Assembly (NCBI RefSeq): GCF_004010195.1
Contig: NC_057751.1
Span: forward strand, 1,804,494 to 1,849,469
Direction: 5' to 3'
Source: Chiloscyllium plagiosum
Lineage: Eukaryota
DNA: 44,976 nt
In this document: one piece after another, positions 35,975 through 44,976 of the stretch
How the letters are laid out: every line of letters begins with the position of its first letter
Position numbering within the stretch: position 1 is the first letter of the stretch
Made by a program: the position numbers and the translations under genes
Notes under the pieces: generated by a model
What the model was told of the DNA's origin: nothing
What the model saw: only the letters and a program-made list of their open reading frames with translations
Database searches by the model: none

Positions 35975-36303
35975 CTTCCAATGTGGATAAAAGCCATTTC
36001 CTCCACTGAGTGTGTTCTGACTCTCCAAAGAACATGCCGCCCAAACCCAAACCCCAAATCGGTCCCTGTAACTTTGCATTTACCATGGCTAACCCACCTA
36101 GCCTGCAGATCCCTGGACACTACGGGGCAATTTTTAGCACAGCCAATCCAGCTACCTGCACATCTTTAGACTCTGAGAGGAAACCCACACATTAATGGGG
36201 ACAACATCCAAACTCCCCTACACAAACAGTCGCCCAAGGGTCGAACTGAGCTCTGGTCATGGCGCCATGAGGCAGCAGTACTAACTACTGATCTGCTGTG
36301 CTG
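35975..36303 (-). mobile_element. HE1-type SINE (older)
   Basis: ccctggacactacggggcaattt..cctgcacatcttt..gaggcagcagtactaactactg. Confidence 0.75.
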
Positions 36304-36390
36304 CCAAAAATATCTTCAATCCTTCCCCTGACTCTATGCCCAGGTTATGGACTTTTCTGTGGATCTAACAAGTGCCTTCTGATTCAACTA

Positions 36391-36611
36391 GGAGAAAGTG
36401 AGGACTGCAGATGTTGGAGATCAGAGACAAAAAGTCTGGTGCTGGAAAAGCACAGCCAGTTAGGCAGCATCCGAGTAGCAGGAGATTCAACATTCCTGAT
36501 GAAGAGTTTATGCTCGAAACGTTGATTTTCCTGCTACTCAGATGCTGCCTAACCGGCTCTGCTTTTCCACCACCACTCTGATCTCCAGCATCTGCAGTGC
36601 TCACTTTTTCC
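36391..36611. mobile_element. Non-autonomous PLE-derived inverted-repeat element (~100-bp arms)
   Basis: 36391-36491 (ggagaaagtgaggactgcagatg..gcaggagattcaac) is the reverse complement of 36521-36611 (gttgattttcctgc..catctgcagtgctcactttttcc); flanks agtgccttctgattcaac and actgccttcctattcacc look like a decayed TSD. Confidence 0.85.
36496..36523 (+). ncRNA. Minimal hammerhead ribozyme core, conserved residues intact
   Basis: CTGATGA-A-GAGT TTAT GCTC-GAAAC-GTT. Confidence 0.7.
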
Positions 36612-36709
36612 ACTGCCTTCCTATTCACCCTTTCTGTGCCCTCATAACGTTATACACCGACATCAGGTCACAGCACCAAGGAAAATAATCTGCGCCATTC
36701 TTTCCTCAC

Positions 36710-36870
36710 AGGTCAGGTGAATTGGCCATGATAAATTGCCCACAGTGTTAGGTGCATTAGTCAAGGGGAATGGGTCTGGGTGGGTTACTCTTCGCAGGGT
36801 AGGTGTGGACTTGTTGGGCCGAAGGGCCTGTTTCCACACTGTAGGGAATATAATCTAATCTAATCTAATC
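36710..36870 (+). mobile_element. HE1 SINE 3' half
   Basis: caggtcaggtgaattggccatg..gggccgaagggcctgtttccacactgtaggga followed by (TAATC)n. Confidence 0.87.
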
Positions 36871-37200
36871 TCAGGCACTCCAATCAACCTCACCTTCCTA
36901 TCTTATCTATACAACCTTTGATTCCTTTACTGATTAAAAACCCGTCTACCTTAGACTTGAATATACTTGATAACCCACCTTGACTGCCTTCTGCTATCAA
37001 GAATTCCACAGATTCACTCTCTTCTGAGAGAAGAAATTCCTCCTCATCTTTGTCTTAAATTGGAGACTGTTATTCTGAGGTGATGCCCTCTGATCCCGGA
37101 CCCCCCCACAATATTTCTACATCTACCCTGTTAAGAGTCTGAAGATGCTTGTATATTTCAAGAAGGTCACCTCCCATTGTTTCTAATTCCAAGGAGTACA
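36871..37200 (-). mobile_element. CR1 3' fragment
   Basis: gaattccacagattcact..agaagaaattcctcctcatc..tgtcttaaat..aggtcacctc..ttctaattcca. Confidence 0.75.
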
Positions 37201-37234
37201 GGTTGGGAAGATAAAGGCTCATTCAAGTGTATTG

Positions 37235-37460
37235 TTTCTGCATTGTACTGTGGTCACACTGCCTTGTTGGAGGTGTTGATTTTCCGAAGATCTAGTAACC
37301 TGTCCGGTGGAGGCTTTAAATCTCATGATACATTTGGAGAAAGAGCAGAAGGGCAGTTCACTCAGTGTCCTGGCTAAAATTCCTTCCTTTGTAACAGCGT
37401 CAAAACCAACCAGTTATTTATCTTACTTGCTGTGCCAAAGAGCTTCCACATTTGACAGAA
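37235..37460 (+). mobile_element. Deu-domain SINE relic
   Basis: ttggaggtgttgattttc..tttggagaaagagcag..agttc..agtgtcctggctaaaatt; similar to the 21.6-21.8 kb copy. Confidence 0.5.
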
Positions 37461-37539
37461 TGAAGCTGCACATCAAAGGTACGTCTGCTGTCGTTGAGGC
37501 AGCTGAATTTCCTTGGAGATTTGACAGGGTGCAATGTCA

Positions 37540-37935
37540 TTGTAAGTTTGCTCTCTGTGATAATTGAGAAGGGGCAGAGAAAGGTTCATTTCTGGACTAT
37601 GGTTGCTCAACTTGTTTCTAGTCTGCCTCCTGTGCAAAGTAAAGACAGCTCACTTATAAATCAATTGACCCAAATTCATAACAAAGCACTGAGTCATTTA
37701 ATTGAGAATGGAGCTGAGCAGCGAATGTGGCTCCTCGAAAACAAATTTGCAAACTGATTTCATAAACTGTCTGAGCAGCCTGTAGATTAGAAAACAGCCC
37801 AACCACTTTGCCATCTCCATAATTAATGGAAGAGTCATGATACAGGCTTGATGTCGCCTGCACAGCTGAAACCTCACTTCACCAGTGGTGAACAACTGCT
37901 GTACAGAACTCGTGTCAGGACCAGCTAGAATTAAC
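37540..37935. promoter_or_regulatory. Candidate enhancer / conserved non-coding element
   Basis: Repeat-free; ATAAATCAAT (TGATTTAT on minus), TGAGTCA, TTTAATTG, CCATAATTAATGG. Confidence 0.25.
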
Positions 37936-40714
37936 AGGAGCATTGGAGCTGGTGGAGGCTATTCAGTTTCTTGAGCCTGTTCCATGAATCAATGAAATCA
38001 AGGCAGTTGTAGCTCACAGTGTTCACCTGTCACGTTACTCCTTACTGAACATTAGTTTATTCATGTCCATCTGAAAAATTTCAAGTGACCCCAAGCATCT
38101 TCAGCCTGTTGAGGGCAGGAGTTTCACATTTCAACTATCCTTTGTACATTGATGTGTCCTAATGTTGATTTTTGGGTTTGGGGTCACAGTTAGGTAGTCA
38201 ATGATTTATCAGTAATCTTTTTGACAGTTTACTGAGTTTGTTAAGAAGCAGTGATTTTGATTCATTAGTTAATTAAATAAAGTAAGTACACAGGATGGTT
38301 CACTGATACTGGAGGATAAACAGTCTGTTGATGCAGAATTTTGAGCCTTGTTAAGGTGATGTGGGGCAGCATCCTGCTGTCCAACAGATGTGTTCAGGGA
38401 ATTTTCCACTGGTCTTCCTCCATTCCTTCTGGTCCATCTTCCATCTGCCTGGTTAAGATTCATCAATGAGATCTCCTGCTGACAAGGTCTATCTGCCCTC
38501 TGAGGTCACTCCCCTCTGCCTTGAGTCTGCTCTATTCTTGGTACCTTCACCGATCCTCCAACATGGATCTGACCGAGATCTTCTGCAGTTACTCCAGTGT
38601 GGAGTCTGCCTCCTGATCCATCCTGGCCTTGGCATGGATTTTCCAATATGGAATTGGCACTAACAGTTATATCATATTTCTAGGGGCAGGTAGCTCACTG
38701 CGTCAATCAATTATCTGAACGCCTTTCATCAATGGCTACAGGATAGTCACTCATAACTTCAGATGATCATAGTCCATTGCCTGCCCTCATCTGAGGGTCA
38801 GCTTACCATTCTTTCCTGGCTGACTTTCAAAAATAACACACTGATGTGAAGATATATTTGGCCCCACATGAATTGCTGACCTCTGTGGTTGCCATAACTC
38901 ATTTGCTAGAATTTTGGAAAGTTCAGTCCTGCTATATGAAACTGGAAAATTCAGTTTTTAAGTAACTCCAATATTCAATACTGACATCACCTGTCAATGA
39001 TCTCATTCAAATTTTAGGGTTATGGCTCCTGGTTATTAATTTCATTATGAGAGGAAACAGTTTTGTTTTATCTTCTGTTGGGAACAATGCACAATTTTAA
39101 CTCTAACTTCGATTTTGCCTTTTTCTGTTGTGTGGTGAAAGATGTTGGTTACCAGCCTGTAAATCCTTCCAAGGTGCCTGCTGACAGGAGGTAAGAGTCG
39201 GAGAGTGGCCTCTTCGGCCCTGATGCTGAAGGCAATGGAAAACCAATGAAGTTCCCAAGCACATTTCAATACAGTTCACAGCTGCTGACACCTTACAAGG
39301 ACATGGCGCCTGAAGAAAGAGAAAGTTAAGACCCAAGTATTTTCTCAGTGACCTGCTGGGCACCTATCCTTCACATTAAACCATCAAAATAGATTAACCG
39401 GACAATCAGTCCATTGCTGTTCGTAGGACCTTAGTGATGAAGTTTTCACTGCCCCTTCATCAAAATAAAAATTAAAAATGTAATTCCTTGTTTTGGGAAT
39501 AACTAAAGATGTTAATACCGAAGGTCTTTCCTTAGTTTCTTTGAATACTGAATCTTAAACAGTGAATAATAAGGGTAGCAGCAGATGTGCTCCCAGGAGC
39601 CAGATACCCAAAACACACCTGCTCAAAAAGATTGTGGAATATTTTCACTCTGTTCAAATAATTCTTTGGATTCTCCACTCAAATAATACATCTGTTTTGA
39701 ATCCCCAGAGCAAAGGCTGAGAGCTGAAAGCTCATAAATTACTACAATTTGTGGGCAACATACAGACTGGAAAGGAGTGAGAATGTCATCACAGAAAAAA
39801 GGCTTTTCAAAAAATGAGGCCTTTGGGTTGAAGAAATGCTCATAACAATTGGAGTTTTTTGTCTCCCTGGAAAGACATTTAAAGTCGGGTCTTGTGTGGT
39901 TGAAGGGTGGCCAGTTTAGCCAGTGCGTGTGGATAGTCTAAAATAGTTTGGAAAGGTTTGCAAAAGTCGATAGTAAAGGATTGGGTTGCACTGGTTGACA
40001 CTTGACAACAAGCTGGCAAAGAGTGAGAGTGATCACTAAACGTTGTAAGATGAAATCCTCACCACTACTATACAATATGAGCCATCCGATAGATTTATTA
40101 CCACCATCCTCTCCCCTGGTTGGGATCTCCAGGGCCTGTACAGTCTCATGACACAGTTTGTAGGTGGTTAGGAGAAATTGGGAATGTCTTAAGTTTGTGC
40201 AATTGCTATCAAACCTGTAATTAACATGTCACACCAAGCACGACTACTATTTCTGTGTCTTGGGATGAAGTAATGGAAAAATACATATTTTCAGTTGAAC
40301 ACAGAAATCTCACTAACATATTCAAAATCTTTCATCTGTGAGAACTTGTAGTCTACAGAAGTTTATCTTCTGTTGTATGGTTTCCTCACATTTTTGCAGC
40401 AACATTTTCATTGCAACTTCCTTCATCCAGACTGAGAATGCAAATTACCTTTGAAAATAGATGATGTGTAATTTTATCCTGTTGTCACCTAAACTCTCAA
40501 TCTGTGGAGACTCTGATCTAACCAAATGTACTTCTCTGCTATCCAAATTATCCTGTTCGCTTTTTAGCCATAAATAAACTGAACATCACTCAGACCAGAT
40601 GTGACGGTGGGATTTAATTCAGACGGAGTTCCCAGCAGACTGAGGGACTCAGGTGAAAAGATCTTTAAAATGCCATGAACAGGCACAGAAAATAATCTAG
40701 AAAGTCAATGAGAT

Positions 40715-41330
40715 TCTGACCTTTATTTCTAGAGGACCAGAGTACAAGGATGCAGAAGTTACACTCAACCCTGGTTCATCCCCACTTGCAGTACTGAGAA
40801 CAGATCTGAGCACCACACCTTGGGAAGGATCTATTGGCCTTGGATGGAATACAATGTAGGTTTACAATTATGACACCTGGATTCAGGGACTAAGCTATGA
40901 GAGAGATGATACAAATTAGACCAGTTTTCTCTCAAATTTATAAGTTAAGGGTGATCTGATTGAAGTCTTCAAGGTATTAACAGTAAAATATATGGTAGAT
41001 AAACTATTTCCATTGTTTGGTCGTTCCAGATCTAGGGTGTATAATCTGAGAATTAGGGCCAGACCATTCAGGAGAGATGTTAAGGGCACTTCCACATCCA
41101 AAGGATGACAGACGTCTCTTCCACTCTTCGTAGAAGTTCTCTTCCACAACCAGCAATGAATGCAGGACTTGTGTTCATTTTCAATCTGATATAGATAACT
41201 TTTTATTCAGCGAAGATATGATGGCATCTGGGCCAAAGGCAGGTATATTAAGTGAGGCCACAGAGCAGCCATGATCTCATTAAATGGTAGAACAGACTGA
41301 AAGGGCTAAATGGCCATGACTGTTCCTATA
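40715..41330 (+). mobile_element. Decayed CR1 3' fragment
   Basis: LTFISRG.EYK..PHLQY..APHLGKDLLALD..GDLIEVFKVL; tail cagccatgatctcatt..gggctaaatggcc. Confidence 0.75.
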
Positions 41331-41429
41331 TGTCACTCTGATGAAAGGCCATCATTCCCCTGATTCTTACGAATTTCACTTTGTTAGGGCTTATTGCTGC
41401 CAGACTCAAGCAAATACAATCATTTACTT

Positions 41430-41795
41430 CACCATTTCAAGTCATCTTTCACCCATGTCTGGACCAAAGCGATCATGAGACGAAAAGATGACTGGCCTCA
41501 CTGGGATACAAATTAAGCATTAAATGATCAACTTCTTACTGACTAAGTCATTGCTTGATAACACTGTCGACAACAGCTTCCATCAGCTTGATGCTCATGA
41601 GAAGACTGATGGGATGGAAGTTGGCGAGATTAGATTTGTTCCACATTGTCAGGTAGATTCCAGTTTTGTAACTGCAGTGGAACAGCTTGTTTGGAGTGCA
41701 ATCTGTTCTGGAGCACAAGTCTTCAGTACTATTGCAGGAATGCTGTCAGGGCTCTTAGTCTGTAATGTATCAGGTACCTTTAGCTATTTCTTGAC
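41430..41795 (-). mobile_element. Ancient CR1-group LINE RT N-terminal fragment
   Basis: Minus strand PDSIPAIVLKTCAPE..ANFHPISLL..KLMEAVVDSVIKQ. Confidence 0.7.
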
Positions 41796-41940
41796 ACAAC
41801 ATTTAAAAGGCATCTGGATGGGTATATGATTAAGCAGGGTCTAGTGGGGCATGGGCCAAATGGGACCAGGTCCGATTGAAATGTCTGATCAGCATAGAAA
41901 AGTTGGACCGAAGGGTCTCTTTTTGTGTTGCATGACTCTA
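41796..41940 (+). mobile_element. CR1 3' tail
   Basis: acatttaaaaggcatctggatgggtat..ttggaccgaagggtct..atgactcta; close to the 2370-2535 copy. Confidence 0.85.
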
Positions 41941-42084
41941 TCAAACTGAGTTAATTTGGTATCACACTGGTAAACGTGACAGGATATCAATAAATAAAAT
42001 CTGCATTTTCAAGAAAACCTTGATGCAGTTAAATATTCCAAAGCACTTCAGAAGAACAATGAAGAAAGAAAGGATGGATAAAGG

Positions 42085-42690
42085 GTGCCTTCATTGCTCA
42101 GTCATTTGAGTTTAGGAACTGAGAAGTCATGTTGTGGTTGTGCAGGACATGGGTGAGGCCCCTTGTAGATTTTGAGTCCCATTCAGGCCGCTCAGTTATG
42201 GGAAGGATATTATCTAGCTGAAGAAGATTCAGAATAAATTTACCAGGATGTTGCCGGGTATGGAAGTTTTGAGTCACGAGAAAGGCTGAGAGTCTCACTG
42301 CAGCGCAAGGGGTAGAGAGGTGACCTGATAGAAGTTCAGAAAATAATGAGAGGTACAGATAGAGTTAATGATTCCTGTCTTTTCCCTTGGACAGGGGATT
42401 TCAAGACGAGGGGACACATTTTTAAGGTGAAAGAAGAGAGATTTTAAAAAGACATGGGGGCAATTTTTCTACACAGATGGTAGTTTGCATGAGGAATGAA
42501 CTTCCTGAGGAAGTGGTGGATTTGAGCACAAATACAATGCATTTGGATTTGGATTAGGTACTTGAATATGAAAGGTTTGGAAGGATATGGGCAAGGAGCA
42601 GGCAGATGGGACTAAGTTAGTTTGGGATTATGTTCGGAGTGGACTGGTTGGACCAAAGCATCTGTTTCCATGCTGTATGATTCTATGACT
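42085..42690 (+). mobile_element. CR1 3' fragment
   Basis: RTWVRP..KIQNKFTRMLPGM..RGDLIEVQKIMRGTDRVN..KTRGHIFKV; tail tgtttccatgctgtatgattctatgactc. Confidence 0.87.
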
Positions 42691-42701
42691 CCAAAAGGAC
42701 G

Positions 42702-43387
42702 TGAGATGATGCTGCTCCTAAAAAAAGGTAAAGCTGTCATTGGCATTTTTTATGGACAGGTCATAAAGGCAGTGATTCTAAAAAGTCGAGTTTCGAAGGG
42801 TTTTAGGGCCAGTTTGATTATATCTAACAGATACTGTCGCAAGAAAAAAGCTTTCAAATTTTAAAAAAACATGTACAATGAAAGGGAACTGGCCACTTCT
42901 CCCAGCTTGGCTCTTCTCTGGTTTGGTTTAGTTTGGTTGGGTTTTAACAGTCTGGCTGTTCACTGAAAAGCAGTCAATTCAGTTTGAGGCTGCTGGTTCA
43001 GGACACAGTGTCATGGAAGAAGGTGTTCCATGCTGAGCCCCTCTGCCATCTCTCTCTTGCTCCTGTAAGACCCCGTGTTTGATTTTACCTTTTGTGCCAA
43101 AGGATATTTTTGGGGATGGTTGTATGTAGTTGGAACAGCATCATTAAATACGGTCAATCTGTTGGGTTTTTGGATAGTTATTTGAAATACTGTTCTCTTT
43201 TGTCCATGTTTCATTTGGTAAATAAATTCTCTTGTAAATAAATTCTCTTTTGTTTAAAACTGAGTGGTTTGACCAGCTGCATCTCTCCTGGAATATCCAC
43301 TCTACACCTACTTAAAACAACAAGCAAAGTTAGGGGGCTGGCTACTTTTTTAAAACGTCTTGAGGGGGTCAGGCCTGGTCCATAACA
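42702..43387 (+). mobile_element. Solo LTR-like element (~686 bp)
   Basis: TG..CATAACA ends; flanks GACG and GACA; duplicated AATAAA; interrupts an old LINE at aaggac|aagggcagcagatacatggg. Confidence 0.6.
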
Positions 43388-43680
43388 GACAAGGGCAGCA
43401 GATACATGGGAACACCACCACCTCCACGTTCTCCTTCAAGCTACTCAGCATCCTGAACTTAGAGTCACAGATTCATAGAGTCATGCAGCACGGAAACAGC
43501 TACCTCCGACAGTTTCACAAACTAAATCAGTCCCATTTGCATGAGTTTGGCCCATTACCCTCTAAACCTTTCCTGTTCATTGGAAATATTTTGCTGTTCT
43601 TTCAGGTCATGACCACCTTCTCAAGGGCAATTACCGACGGACAATAATTGCTGGCACAGCGTGTGATACTCACATGCCAT
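43388..43680 (+). mobile_element. Ancient CR1-group LINE 3' end split by an antisense CR1 tail (about 43462-43580)
   Basis: aagggcagcagatacatgggaacaccacc..ccaccttctcaagggcaatta..caataattgctggc. Confidence 0.65.
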
Positions 43681-44209
43681 GAGTGAATATACAAAAATAA
43701 GAAAATTCCAAATGTCAAAAACCCGCTGAGAGAACAAATTCATCCGTAGCTCCGGTCTTAGATGGATGACCTCTTATTTTTAAACATGTCTCCAAGTCCC
43801 AGATTTCCTCCTCGATGCTGCAGACCTGTCAGCATCTCCCTTGATAAAACATCAGAAACTTCTATTGTTGCACTAAGATAGGGCCCTTTTCAGAGCTGTA
43901 TGACTCAGCTTTCATTCGTTAAATTTATATTGATCTTTCAGAATACTTGGCCTTTTTGGGGATTTTTTTTATTGTCGAAGTCATAGTCATTGAGACTGCC
44001 TATGCAAATGATACTGCCCCAACATTTTAAGGGGCTTTGAGAGTAGGAGTTGGGCAATGTGGGGATGGGAAGGAGGAAGGGGCAAGCAGATCAAATGACG
44101 TTGGATGAATGGAAAAGGGGAAAGGGCAGGGCTCTTTTGGTGGAGTGGTAGTGTTCCTATCTCTGGACCATGAGGGTCTGTGTTCAAGTCTGACTTGGTT
44201 GAGGCTTAC

Positions 44210-44976
44210 ACAATGTAATGGTCTACAAAGCAAAATCAAACAGAACTGCAGGCAACAATCCATCCCTGTCCGATGAACTCAATGCATTTTACACTCACTT
44301 TGAACAGAAGCTCAGTGAAACAATGTCACCTTTTCCAACAGCCTCAGATACACCTGTACCCCAGGTCACCAGTGCAGACGTTAGATAAACCTTCTTGAGA
44401 GTGAACCCATGAAAAGCGATTCCCCGGCAGTGCACTCAGATCCTGTGCAGACCAGCGGGTGGGAGTATTCGAAGACACCTTCAATCTCTCCATACTTCAA
44501 TCTAAAGTCCCCACCTGCTTCAAGAAGACCACCACCCTGGTACCAAAAGGAAAGTCAGGCAGCATGCCTCAATGACTACCGCCCGGTGCCTCTGACCTCA
44601 TTAATAATGAAGTGATTCAAGAGGTTAGTCACGGATCACATCAACTCTAGCCAACCAGACTGTCATGAATCTTGTAATTCACTTCCCAATGGCAGACACC
44701 AGCTCCCTGGCCCTACACTCATCCCTGGGACATCTGGATGAAAAGGATACATACATCAGGACACCTACATCTGGATAACAAGGAGACCTACATCAGGCTC
44801 TTAGTTATTGATTACAGCTCCAGCGTCAATACCATAATTCCAAACTCATCTCCAAACTCTGGACCGAGGAGTCTGCTCCCCTTCTGAAACTGGATCTTCA
44901 ACTTCCTGACCTGCAGGCAGCAATCAGTCAGAACTGGCAACAACATCTCCTCCACGATAATCCTCAACACTGGTGC
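44210..44976 (+). mobile_element. Rex1/Babar-type LINE relic running off the window end
   Basis: LSDELNAFYTHFEQ..CADQ..CLNDYRPVPLTSLIMK..HLDNKETYIRLLVIDYSS; same family as the 10.4-12.6 kb copy. Confidence 0.87.

Larger units (their letters stand above)
35715..36700 (-). mobile_element. Decayed CR1 3' region interrupted by an HE1 SINE and a PLE hairpin
   Basis: RGELRRNLFTQRAVWNSLPE on minus; continues at about 36304-36390 and 36612-36700. Confidence 0.6.

Noticed and set aside
1..44976. CRISPR arrays, prokaryotic operons, rRNA, recognisable miRNA or snRNA genes
   Set aside because: Eukaryotic TE-rich DNA; no regularly spaced repeat-spacer pattern and no known RNA-gene sequence recognised by eye

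Overview
This is vertebrate genomic DNA, very probably from a shark or other elasmobranch (inferred from repeated HE1-type tRNA-derived SINEs with CR1-like tails, Deu-domain SINE relics and Penelope-like elements). It is intergenic or intronic and packed with transposons; I cannot support any intact host protein-coding gene. Main contents: (1) a near full-length decayed L1-clade LINE (1-5573, minus) that appears to sit inside a CR1 LINE, which is also split by a Penelope-like element (PLE); (2) two Rex1/Babar LINE relics; (3) many CR1 fragments and SINEs, including a four-layer nested insertion at 29.5-31.0 kb; (4) three solo-LTR-like elements with TG..CA-type ends and short target-site duplications (TSDs); (5) a fossil PIF/Harbinger transposase (24.2-26.8 kb, minus) broken into three pieces by later insertions; (6) five PLE ends carrying minimal hammerhead-ribozyme cores, one apparently intact in the loop of a ~220-bp inverted repeat; (7) several repeat-free islands rich in homeodomain/PBX-HOX motifs that may be enhancers; (8) two weak minus-strand exon candidates. 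There is one 413-N assembly gap. Family names come from motif recognition by eye, not database searches, and most boundaries are approximate.
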